Below, piece after piece: positions 23,447 to 31,026 of a stretch of DNA of 50,296 bases. The notes under the pieces are model-generated. The model searched no databases. It had not been told where the DNA came from and was given only the letters and a program-made list of their open reading frames with translations. Where the stretch lies: positions 1 to 50,296 of the forward strand of contig JAKQHE010000164.1 in NCBI GenBank assembly GCA_029573155.1. The letters are read 5' to 3'. The position numbers were made by a program, and so were the translations under genes. Origin of the DNA: a bacterium (GTDB lineage Bacteria; UBP6; UBA1177; JAKLFG01). The number at the start of each line of letters is the position of its first letter. Position 1 is the first letter of the stretch.

Positions 23447-25632
23447 TTCGCAGGATACCGCATGCGATCGTCGCGGTCGCTCTGTTCGGTCTTTTTTTCC
23501 TCTGGGGGACCCGCGGCAAACCGTGGCTCTTCTTCACCGCCTTCTGGCCGACGATCCACCTGTTGTACGGCGGCGTCGCCGCTGCGATCGCCCTCTGTTT
23601 GGCGCTCCGTCCCGACCTGATTCGTCTTTTGCGTGACCGGTTGGTCAGGCACCGTTACTTTATTTTCCCCCCGATCACTGCAGTTGCCACGGTGCTCATC
23701 TCGTGGCTCGTTTTCGATAACATCCCCCATGTCATAGATGCCGCCCATTTCCTCTGGTCCGCGCGGCTCATGCTCGACGGCTCGCTCTCGCTCCCGGCAG
23801 GCGACCTGTACGAATTCTTCGATGTCACCTTCATGGTGCGCGACGGCGGCCGGCACTACTCGCTGTTCCTCCCCGGATTCTCGCTCGCGCTCGCCCCGTT
23901 CGCGGCGCTGGGGATCTCGTGGCTCCTCGTCCCGCTCGCAAGCGGCCTTTCGGTCTGGCTGACCGGCCGTATCGCCGACCGGTTCTTCAACGGACGGGTG
24001 AGTTGCCTCGCGATGGCGCTCTGCACCTTTTCCTCCTTTTATCTCTTCATGGGCGCCAGTTTCATGACCCACAACTTCAATCTGCTCCTCCTCCTGACCG
24101 CCGTCTGGCTCGTGACGCGGGACCACCGTGACGGTCGCACGCTTTTTGCCGCATCGGCCGCCATAGCCCTGTCGCTGTTCATGCGACCGCAGAACGCCCT
24201 GTTCGCCTACCTGCCGCTCGGCATCTATCTTCTTCTCAAGCGGACGACGTTCCTCCGTCTTGCCCTCTTCGCGATACCGGCGCTTCTCGGCGGCGCGGCG
24301 CTCCTCGGCTACAACCATCTCATGACGGGGCACCTCTTTACTTTCCCGCAGGACATCTATTTCTCGGTCATCGAGCCGATCCCGTTCTGTCACCGCATCG
24401 GGCTCGGCACCGGCTGCCCCAACACCGAGGGCGAGTTCCTCCCGGCGGGCGGGCTCACTCTCGATTACGCCTACTGGGTCGCCTACACGCGGCTCACCCT
24501 CATGCTGTTCAATGTGGCGGGACACCCCTACCCGTTCCTCTTCCTCATCGTCGCCTTCTTTTTCGGACTCCGACGCAACCTATTCCTCTCCTCGTTTTTC
24601 CTTACATTTTTCATTGGCTATTTCTTTTTCTACCTGTCGGGCAACCTGTTCGGCCCGCGCTATTTCACTGAGGTGACGACGCTCCTGCTGATACCGGCCG
24701 CCGCCGGGGTCGTGTACGCCGCCCGCTCCTCCCCGCGTTGGTCGACCCCCTTCATTGCGGCGTTCCCGCTCGCCGGCATACTGTTCGTGAGCACGGTCAT
24801 CCTGCCAGAACTGCTGTCGCGCTACAGCGACCGGTTCTGGGTCACCGACCGTTCGTTCGAGAAAGCGATCGAGGAACGGGACATCCGCGACAGCGTCGTG
24901 TTCGTCCCCGCTCCCTATCACTCGATGTTCCTCAACCTGCAGGAACGACCCCCGTTCGACCGGCGCGGCAACCTTATTCTCAAGGATCTCGGCCGCGAGA
25001 ATCTTTATGGCGCCGCCTTCTTCATGGAGACTCTCGGGCTCAAGAACGCGTGGGCCATTGATTACTACCCCAAACTGCGCAACCTCGCCATCGTGGAGGA
25101 ACTGCCCGATTTCCGCGTGAATGATATCTGGATAGAGTTCGAGCACAAGGGGCGTCCCGCGACCGGCAGACCGGCCTACGCGACGCCGGTGGCGGCGGGC
25201 GTTAAACTGACCTACCTCCCCTTCACGACGCTCGACGAGGACCTCAACTTCAGCAAGGATCAGGGCTACGCGGTGCTGTTCGGCGCACCCGCTCCCGACA
25301 GTTACTACGACTTCACCCACCCCATCCTCGACCCGGGCGATTACGAACTGACCATCGAACTGCTCGCGGCCCCGTGCGGCGGTGAAGGATCCTTCACGGT
25401 GAACGATGCGCCGGTCGCGACCTTCTCGGCCTACGACGACGGCTACCGCTTCAAAACACTGCGGCTCTCCGCGCCGCTCCGGGCCGGGACCAACCGGTTC
25501 GCCTTCATCCCGCAGGCCGGTCAGTCGTGTCTCATACTCGATTATATCCGGCTCAAGAAGAAAGATGCGGCACCGGCGCCGGAACAGTATCCCGACTACA
25601 CGCCGCCTGAATGGAAAGAACTCAATAAATAA
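23443..25632 (+). CDS. Polytopic membrane protein, GT-C (ArnT/PMT, GT39/83-like) glycosyltransferase candidate with a C-terminal soluble beta-rich domain
   Basis: 729-aa ORF whose ATG overlaps the dnaX stop (ATGA, 23443-23446). About 12 hydrophobic segments span the first ~470 aa, followed by a ~250-aa soluble domain. The family call is by architecture only. Confidence 0.55.
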   Translation: MIRRIPHAIVAVALFGLFFLWGTRGKPWLFFTAFWPTIHLLYGGVAAAIALCLALRPDLIRLLRDRLVRHRYFIFPPITAVATVLISWLVFDNIPHVIDAAHFLWSARLMLDGSLSLPAGDLYEFFDVTFMVRDGGRHYSLFLPGFSLALAPFAALGISWLLVPLASGLSVWLTGRIADRFFNGRVSCLAMALCTFSSFYLFMGASFMTHNFNLLLLLTAVWLVTRDHRDGRTLFAASAAIALSLFMRPQNALFAYLPLGIYLLLKRTTFLRLALFAIPALLGGAALLGYNHLMTGHLFTFPQDIYFSVIEPIPFCHRIGLGTGCPNTEGEFLPAGGLTLDYAYWVAYTRLTLMLFNVAGHPYPFLFLIVAFFFGLRRNLFLSSFFLTFFIGYFFFYLSGNLFGPRYFTEVTTLLLIPAAAGVVYAARSSPRWSTPFIAAFPLAGILFVSTVILPELLSRYSDRFWVTDRSFEKAIEERDIRDSVVFVPAPYHSMFLNLQERPPFDRRGNLILKDLGRENLYGAAFFMETLGLKNAWAIDYYPKLRNLAIVEELPDFRVNDIWIEFEHKGRPATGRPAYATPVAAGVKLTYLPFTTLDEDLNFSKDQGYAVLFGAPAPDSYYDFTHPILDPGDYELTIELLAAPCGGEGSFTVNDAPVATFSAYDDGYRFKTLRLSAPLRAGTNRFAFIPQAGQSCLILDYIRLKKKDAAPAPEQYPDYTPPEWKELNK

Positions 25633-25635
25633 GAC

Positions 25636-27381
25636 CTAGCGGCGCACCTTTTCATACCACGCGGCGACATCCTCGACGAACTTGTCGGGCTGGCTGACCG
25701 TCACCGAATGGCCCGCCGTCTCGTACGGAGGCCATGCCACGGTACGGGTCGTCCCTTCCGCCACCCCCTCGAACGAACCGGCAGCATAGGTCACCGTGAA
25801 CGAATCGGTCGCGACGACGACATCGGTCACCTGCTCGAACATCCGCGCCGCCGCCGGGATGGCAGGTGAGAAGATGACGAGGTCGAGTGCCGCCTGCGTC
25901 ATAAGGGTATCCACCACCAGCAGGTTCTCGAGGAACAATTCGCCGAACAGCGGGTTGAACGGGTGAAGCGAATGACGGTAGAAGGCATTGGTCACCTTCT
26001 CGTTGAGCGACGCGTAGTAGGTGTCGTAGTCGGAGAGCGTGCCGAATGTCTTCCGGAACTCCGCCTCTGGGTCGTCGGGATCGGCGTACAGCAGGCGCAG
26101 GAGATACACCTGCATCTCGGCCCGTTCCGACCACGCCGTCGACAGGGCATACGCACCACTCGGCGGCGCCGCTATCTTGTAGGCATCCTTCCGTTCCGAT
26201 GCGTACATGTCCTCGATGAACACCGGATCGTGCCCCAACAGGGAAACATAATTATCGCGCACGAGCAGTTCGGGCACCACCGGGTCCATGAGCCCGTTCA
26301 TCCAACCGCTCTGTTCATCGTACTTGTAGAGGTCGCGGCCGAGCGAATCGACGAAGAGTATCGCGTTGTAATACTTGTCGCAGTCGGCGTCATCCTCGGG
26401 ACAGGGCTGGAAGGTCGCACCCTGCTCCTCCGCTATCTGGTAGACGACCGAGCCGGGCTCTTCGAGTATCTCACCCGACGCGAGGTTCTGCGGCTCGCCG
26501 AAGATGAGCGGCTGTATCAGCGCGGTATAGCCGAACTGTTCGGCTGCCTTCTCCGGCGTCACCTCCTCCCCGGGGAAGACCGCCGCGTAATGCGCCGCGA
26601 TCTCGTCTGCAAGCGCGGTATCGGTGAAATAGCCCTCGTTCCCGGCATAGCGCGCGGGGTTCAGCAGGAGATTCTGCATCACGATGGTGCGGGTGCCGCC
26701 GTACGATTCGCCCGCGAAGATGACCGGATTGCCCCGCAGCGCGGGATGGGCCGCGAGGACACGCAGGAGCAGACGGACGAAGTCGGCGCCGTCGATGAAC
26801 GGATTGAAATTACGGGTCGTGAACCCGGGCCGGTCGCCGACGATGCTGTAGGAGAAGCCGGTATTGCGGGCATCGATGTAGAGTATGTTGGCGAAGGAAC
26901 TCCAGCGATGCGGATTGTCACCGACGATATCGCCGCCATTGAAGACGGGGTCCATGCTCCGGCGACCGGTATTGAAGGCGAGCAGGAGCCCCGACGCAGA
27001 GCCGGGACCGCCGTTGAAAAAGAGTGCGATCGGCTTTTTCTCCCACTCCTCGTCGGCCGGCTGGAATGAATACCACAACCGCGTTTCGTCGCTCAGGTAT
27101 TTTACGCCGGCGGTGCCGCGTTCGGTCCGCAGATAGTAGGTCACCGGCTCGATGGCGATGAAGCCGGTCTCGCCGGCATAATCGCTCGCTATTGCTTCGA
27201 CATCGGGGACGAATCCCGCGTCGGGCGGCTCGTTTTCGCCGGCAAGCAATTCGTCGCCGGTTGGACCATCCTCGTCAGCGACAGTGACCGTGTCGTTATC
27301 CGCGGGCGGCGTTCCGGAACCACCATCACACGACAGCAGACACAGCGCCGACAGCATGAAAAAGAAAGGTCTTCGCATCAT
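25636..27381 (-). CDS. Peptidase S10 (serine carboxypeptidase)-like lipoprotein
   Basis: ATG-ATG at 27381 follows GGAGGCTCCGG. Lipobox reads MMRRPFFFMLSALCLLS-C. Three S10 signatures are present: FFNGGPGSAS, FAGESYGG (catalytic Ser) and ETAGHSVTVSQPDKF (catalytic His region). The remaining 709 N-terminal codons of the 1290-aa ORF-track entry are antisense to the HEAT gene. Confidence 0.8.
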   Translation of the reverse strand: MMRRPFFFMLSALCLLSCDGGSGTPPADNDTVTVADEDGPTGDELLAGENEPPDAGFVPDVEAIASDYAGETGFIAIEPVTYYLRTERGTAGVKYLSDETRLWYSFQPADEEWEKKPIALFFNGGPGSASGLLLAFNTGRRSMDPVFNGGDIVGDNPHRWSSFANILYIDARNTGFSYSIVGDRPGFTTRNFNPFIDGADFVRLLLRVLAAHPALRGNPVIFAGESYGGTRTIVMQNLLLNPARYAGNEGYFTDTALADEIAAHYAAVFPGEEVTPEKAAEQFGYTALIQPLIFGEPQNLASGEILEEPGSVVYQIAEEQGATFQPCPEDDADCDKYYNAILFVDSLGRDLYKYDEQSGWMNGLMDPVVPELLVRDNYVSLLGHDPVFIEDMYASERKDAYKIAAPPSGAYALSTAWSERAEMQVYLLRLLYADPDDPEAEFRKTFGTLSDYDTYYASLNEKVTNAFYRHSLHPFNPLFGELFLENLLVVDTLMTQAALDLVIFSPAIPAAARMFEQVTDVVVATDSFTVTYAAGSFEGVAEGTTRTVAWPPYETAGHSVTVSQPDKFVEDVAAWYEKVRR

Positions 27382-27459
27382 CCGGAGCCTCCAGTATCGT
27401 CTCGTAGATAGATAATGTAGCCGAACGGGAAGCCAAAGCAAAAGAAATGGGAAAAAACT

Positions 27460-27488
27460 TTGCTTGCTATACTCTCTTGGGCTATAGT
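27460..27488 (+). promoter_or_regulatory. Candidate sigma70-type promoter for the HEAT / degenerate HD-GYP pair
   Basis: TTGCTT (27460-27465), a 17-nt spacer, then TATAGT (27483-27488). This ends 32 nt upstream of the GTG at 27520. Confidence 0.4.
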
Positions 27489-27519
27489 TGGTGTACCGTA
27501 TGTTTGAGCGGGGCGACCG

Positions 27520-29403
27520 GTGCTCCATATCGCGAAAAAACGGGAGTTGACCGAATTCTTCCGGTCGATACCCCTTGAAAAGAAACAGCAGGTCTACCGC
27601 GGTGTCCGCGCGGTGATCGCCATGCTCGTGAAGATATCGAAAATGACCGAGTTGTACTCTATCCGCGACAAGATCTTCACCGAATTCACGGAAACGCTGA
27701 TGCAGAATCTCGATGTGATCCACAACAACATCCCATGTGTCTCGGTCACCACCAAAAAGATCGGATTCTACTATCAGGAGCGGCGTATCAATCTGTTCGA
27801 TGCGGGGGAACGGAAGTTCCGGAACATCTTCCTCGTCAACGAGATACGTGAACTTTATTTCGTCAAGGGCATCACCCCCGAGGAACTCCTCAACTTCTTC
27901 TCGGTCATACAGGAGACGATAAACTACACCTTGATAGATTACGATTTCAACACCCGCCTCTGGGACCGAGGTGTGACACATATCGGCACCCTGTCGGACC
28001 CCGACATGGGCGACCCCGAACCGTGGAGCGCTGAAGAATTCAAAGGGGAGTCCGAGCCCGTGGCGCCCGCCGCGCTGTGCGCCCTGACGCCTCGGAGTTT
28101 CCACGACCTCGCCGCCATCGTCAAGGAGTTCGAGACGGTCGGCGCGATAGGTCGCAGCGAATTCGACGCCTGGCGCAGGGAGCGCGGGAAGGCCTTTACC
28201 ATCCAGCGGTACCTTGAAAAGGCGCGACTCCTCATCCTGCGCGACGGTATCGAGGCGAACCGGTCGATCATCGGCAAGATGTGCGAATACGCCCTGACCA
28301 ATCTGCAGGAGGGCGATTTCATCTCGGGGATGGTCTACCTGACCAACCTGCAACAGTTGCGACGGTCGATGGAGGGGGCCGACGAGGCGCTTCTCGGATC
28401 GGTCGCCTCCGTGTTCGAGAAGATACGATCGGATCAGTTCATCAACAAGGTCTTCGAGGTCGCGGCGACCATCGCGCCGGAACACCTTCCCGCCTTCGGA
28501 GAATATCTGAAGATCGTCAGCGCCGAGGAACTTGAACCGGTCTTCCTCAAACTGGTCGAACTCGGCCAGAAAGAGGCGCGCCTCCACGGACTCGAGGCGA
28601 TCGCGGGCAACCTCACCGACGATGAACTCGTCAAGCGGCTCGCGACGAATCCCGACTGGCATGTCGTCCGTAATCTTCTGTATATGCTCAGGTTCTCTTA
28701 CCGTCCCTCCTTCCTGCCGACCGTCCGGGAGGCAATGCACCACCCGACCAAACAGGTGCGTATCGAGGCGGCGCATGTGCTCTCGAGATACGACGCCGAC
28801 GAGAATGTCGAGTTCTGGCACAAGGCGGTGCTCTCCCCCGACGAGGAGGTGCGAGTGCTCGCGGTCGAGAACCTGCTCCGCATCAAAGGATTGGTGGCGA
28901 AACAGATACTCAACGAGATGTTCAAGCCGGCCCAACTCGTCCGGTTCAGCACGCTCGATCTCGAACAATATGTCGGCCGGATACTCGCATCGAAACGAGA
29001 GGAGTTCTTCGACCTGCCGGGCAATCTCATATTCAGCGACAACGCTCAGGTGCGGCTCATGGCGCTCAAGAGCCTCAACACTATCGAGGATCCCTCCGCG
29101 ATATCGAGTCAGGTCATCCGACGGATCAAAAGCCCCGAGTTCGAGACGATCGAACAGCACGAGATGGAACTGCTCCTCGCCCTTCTCAAGGGGACGCAGT
29201 TGCCGAGCATGCTCGACGCCCTGACGCCGCTCTTGACCATGCAGGGGGGCCTGCTCAACCGCAAGAGGTACGCGCCGCTCAAAAAGAGGGTGTTCGGCTT
29301 CCTGCGCCGCCGGGCCGCCAAGTCGGGCACCATAACAAAGTGGCTTGAAAAGGCGAAAAAGGACGGCGATGCCGAGACCAAAGAGATACTGGCGGGACGG
29401 TAG
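27520..29403 (+). CDS. HEAT/Armadillo-repeat protein with an uncharacterised N-terminal domain
   Basis: 627-aa ORF with protein-like composition. The C-terminal half has HEAT-like units (…HHPTKQVRIEAAHVLSRYDADENV…SPDEEVRVLAVENLLRIKG…DNAQVRLMALKSLNTIEDP…). The GTG start is uncertain because no strong SD is present. Confidence 0.7.
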   Translation: MLHIAKKRELTEFFRSIPLEKKQQVYRGVRAVIAMLVKISKMTELYSIRDKIFTEFTETLMQNLDVIHNNIPCVSVTTKKIGFYYQERRINLFDAGERKFRNIFLVNEIRELYFVKGITPEELLNFFSVIQETINYTLIDYDFNTRLWDRGVTHIGTLSDPDMGDPEPWSAEEFKGESEPVAPAALCALTPRSFHDLAAIVKEFETVGAIGRSEFDAWRRERGKAFTIQRYLEKARLLILRDGIEANRSIIGKMCEYALTNLQEGDFISGMVYLTNLQQLRRSMEGADEALLGSVASVFEKIRSDQFINKVFEVAATIAPEHLPAFGEYLKIVSAEELEPVFLKLVELGQKEARLHGLEAIAGNLTDDELVKRLATNPDWHVVRNLLYMLRFSYRPSFLPTVREAMHHPTKQVRIEAAHVLSRYDADENVEFWHKAVLSPDEEVRVLAVENLLRIKGLVAKQILNEMFKPAQLVRFSTLDLEQYVGRILASKREEFFDLPGNLIFSDNAQVRLMALKSLNTIEDPSAISSQVIRRIKSPEFETIEQHEMELLLALLKGTQLPSMLDALTPLLTMQGGLLNRKRYAPLKKRVFGFLRRRAAKSGTITKWLEKAKKDGDAETKEILAGR

Positions 29404-29410
29404 GTGACCG

Positions 29411-30787
29411 ATGGAAGAACGACGCAATCTGCCCGAGTTCGAGAATTCCCCGAAGAAATGGCGGTACAATTTCACCAAGTCGCTCTTCACTTTCTGGAAG
29501 AATGTCAAGATGTACGGTGTCGAGAACCAGCGTATCGACGAGGAGATCGCCTATTTCAAAAAGACACTGGACTTCTTTTTCGCCGAGAAGGATGAATTCT
29601 CGATACTATTCGACGGCATCGATGTGAAGGTCGACAAGGTACGCATCCGCGGCCAACGGCAGGATGACAAATATTTCGACGACATCTACGACCTGTTCCT
29701 CTCGCTGTGCCTCTCCGGGTTCGTGTTCAAGAAAGGGGTGGATGACAGACAGATACTCGGTTTCTTCGCGGTACTCGCTAAATATCCGGTCGGTCGCGAG
29801 CCCAAGATACAGGCCTACGAACGGGTACGGGCCGACCTGCCGCCGCTCACCCATATCGAGGTGTTCCCCTACGACCCCGAGGAGTCAGGCAATCTGCCGA
29901 TATACACCGTTCCGCAGGCGATCCGGCGGGCGCACCGGAAACTGGCCGCCGAGTACCCCGATTACGCGAAGATGGTGAAGGCGGCGGAGAACATACCGCT
30001 CCGGACGGTTGAACGAAGCGTGCAGGACCTCATATCGATAGCGCAGAACCTTTCCGACCCGGGCAACTACGCGCTCCTGATGCTGCTGGCCGCCCTCCCC
30101 GCCTACCGGGGAAGCGTCGCGGGGGCCGCCGCCGCCGCGCGCACCATCTTTTCCATCCTCATCGCCCTGCGGCTCGGGCTTGAACCGTCCGAGGTCAAAC
30201 GGACCGCCATCGCCGCCTATTTCCAGTATCTTTCCGACGATCCCGACACGGGCTACACGGTCCTTTCACGCATGGACGAGTTCAGTTACACCCGGATAGA
30301 GGCGGCGTTGAACGCCTCCGCGCGGCTCACCGATCTTTCGGAGGTGGGGCTCATGATGGAGGGGACCGCCTGCGGCACCGTCCCCAGCGAGATACTCAAG
30401 GTCGCCGCCTACTACGACCGGGTGACCCGGCGGTGGCACGACGGCCCGCTCCTTTCGCGACCCGAGGCGCTCCGCTCCATGCTGAAGAACGCCGGGGCGG
30501 GGGCGTTCCGCCGCGACATCGTCGATACCTTCGTGACGATCGCGGGGGTCTACCCCTGCGGCAGCGTGCTCCGCACGATATCGTCGAACGAACTCGTCGT
30601 CTCTTGCGGCCGGTTCAAGAATTTCACCGCCGAAGGGCCGGTGTTCGTGCTCAACCCCGACCTCTCGGTGCAGGAGCGGCGCATGGTCAAGGCGGAGAAT
30701 CTCATCGATGTCCCCGACGCCGCCGGCGCGGTCCTGCCGCCCGCCACGCTGATACAGATGCTCGAGGCGTTCCTGAAGGAACAGTGA
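29411..30787 (+). CDS. Degenerate (predicted catalytically inactive) HD-GYP-domain protein with an uncharacterised N-terminal domain
   Basis: 458-aa ORF starting 8 nt after the HEAT gene. Its C-terminal half aligns by eye with the canonical HD-GYP at 46092-47201. AAYFQYLSD replaces LHDIGK, GLMMEGTACGTVP replaces HHERYDGTGYP, and VAAYYDRVTRRW aligns with IADVFDALGTDR. The …IAGVYPCGSVLR… tail resembles HD-GYP C-termini. Confidence 0.65.
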   Translation: MEERRNLPEFENSPKKWRYNFTKSLFTFWKNVKMYGVENQRIDEEIAYFKKTLDFFFAEKDEFSILFDGIDVKVDKVRIRGQRQDDKYFDDIYDLFLSLCLSGFVFKKGVDDRQILGFFAVLAKYPVGREPKIQAYERVRADLPPLTHIEVFPYDPEESGNLPIYTVPQAIRRAHRKLAAEYPDYAKMVKAAENIPLRTVERSVQDLISIAQNLSDPGNYALLMLLAALPAYRGSVAGAAAAARTIFSILIALRLGLEPSEVKRTAIAAYFQYLSDDPDTGYTVLSRMDEFSYTRIEAALNASARLTDLSEVGLMMEGTACGTVPSEILKVAAYYDRVTRRWHDGPLLSRPEALRSMLKNAGAGAFRRDIVDTFVTIAGVYPCGSVLRTISSNELVVSCGRFKNFTAEGPVFVLNPDLSVQERRMVKAENLIDVPDAAGAVLPPATLIQMLEAFLKEQ

Positions 30788-30808
30788 TCCGGGCCGAGAA
30801 ATAACCTC

Positions 30809-30836
30809 TTGACTTTTTTTCTGAAAAGCGTACAAG
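30809..30836 (+). promoter_or_regulatory. Candidate promoter driving the c-di-AMP riboswitch and ktrB
   Basis: TTGACT (30809-30814), a 16-nt spacer, then TACAAG (30831-30836). The -10 is weak. The aptamer begins a few nt downstream. Confidence 0.3.
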
Positions 30837-30837
30837 G

Positions 30838-30966
30838 GTAACCGCTTAATCCCGCCACCGGCGGGAACGGGGGACCCAATTTTCCCGGGGCGCATCGCCG
30901 TTATGGCGTAGGGCACTCTTCCGCCCGAGCCCGTCAGCTAACCTCGTAAGCGTGGGAAGAGGAAAC
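30838..30966 (+). promoter_or_regulatory. ydaO/yuaA-class cyclic-di-AMP riboswitch aptamer
   Basis: It contains the hallmark conserved blocks CCGCTTAATCC, ACGGGGGACCCA, GGGGCG, GTAGGG and CCCGAGCCCGTCAGCTAACCTCGTAAGCGT. These occur in the same order as in the Bacillus subtilis ydaO and Thermoanaerobacter crystallised aptamers, as I recall them. ACTCTTCC (30915-30922) pairs with GGAAGAG (30955-30961). It sits upstream of a K+ transporter, the commonest ydaO context. Confidence 0.88.
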
Positions 30967-31026
30967 CCCCCGACAGACGCCGGCCGGCTTCCTCTCGTTG
31001 ACAAATTTTTTGTGAGGTACTGTGTC

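Noticed and set aside
22312-24525. 737-aa minus-strand ORF overlapping dnaX and the GT-C-like gene
   Set aside because: It is antisense to two genes with clear family motifs. Its translation is Arg/Ser/Glu-rich low-complexity with no recognisable domain, so it is a high-GC shadow ORF.
27382-29508. N-terminal 709 codons of the 1290-aa minus-strand ORF (25636-29508)
   Set aside because: This part is exactly antisense to the well-formed HEAT-repeat gene. It has the Arg/Glu/Gly/Leu-rich composition typical of shadow ORFs in high-GC DNA. A lipoprotein signal peptide with a strong SD begins at 27381, so the real gene is 25636-27381.
30266-30916. 216-aa minus-strand ORF spanning the end of the degenerate HD-GYP gene and the riboswitch
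   Set aside because: It is antisense to a protein-like gene and overlaps a region that matches a conserved structured RNA. Its composition is shadow-ORF-like.
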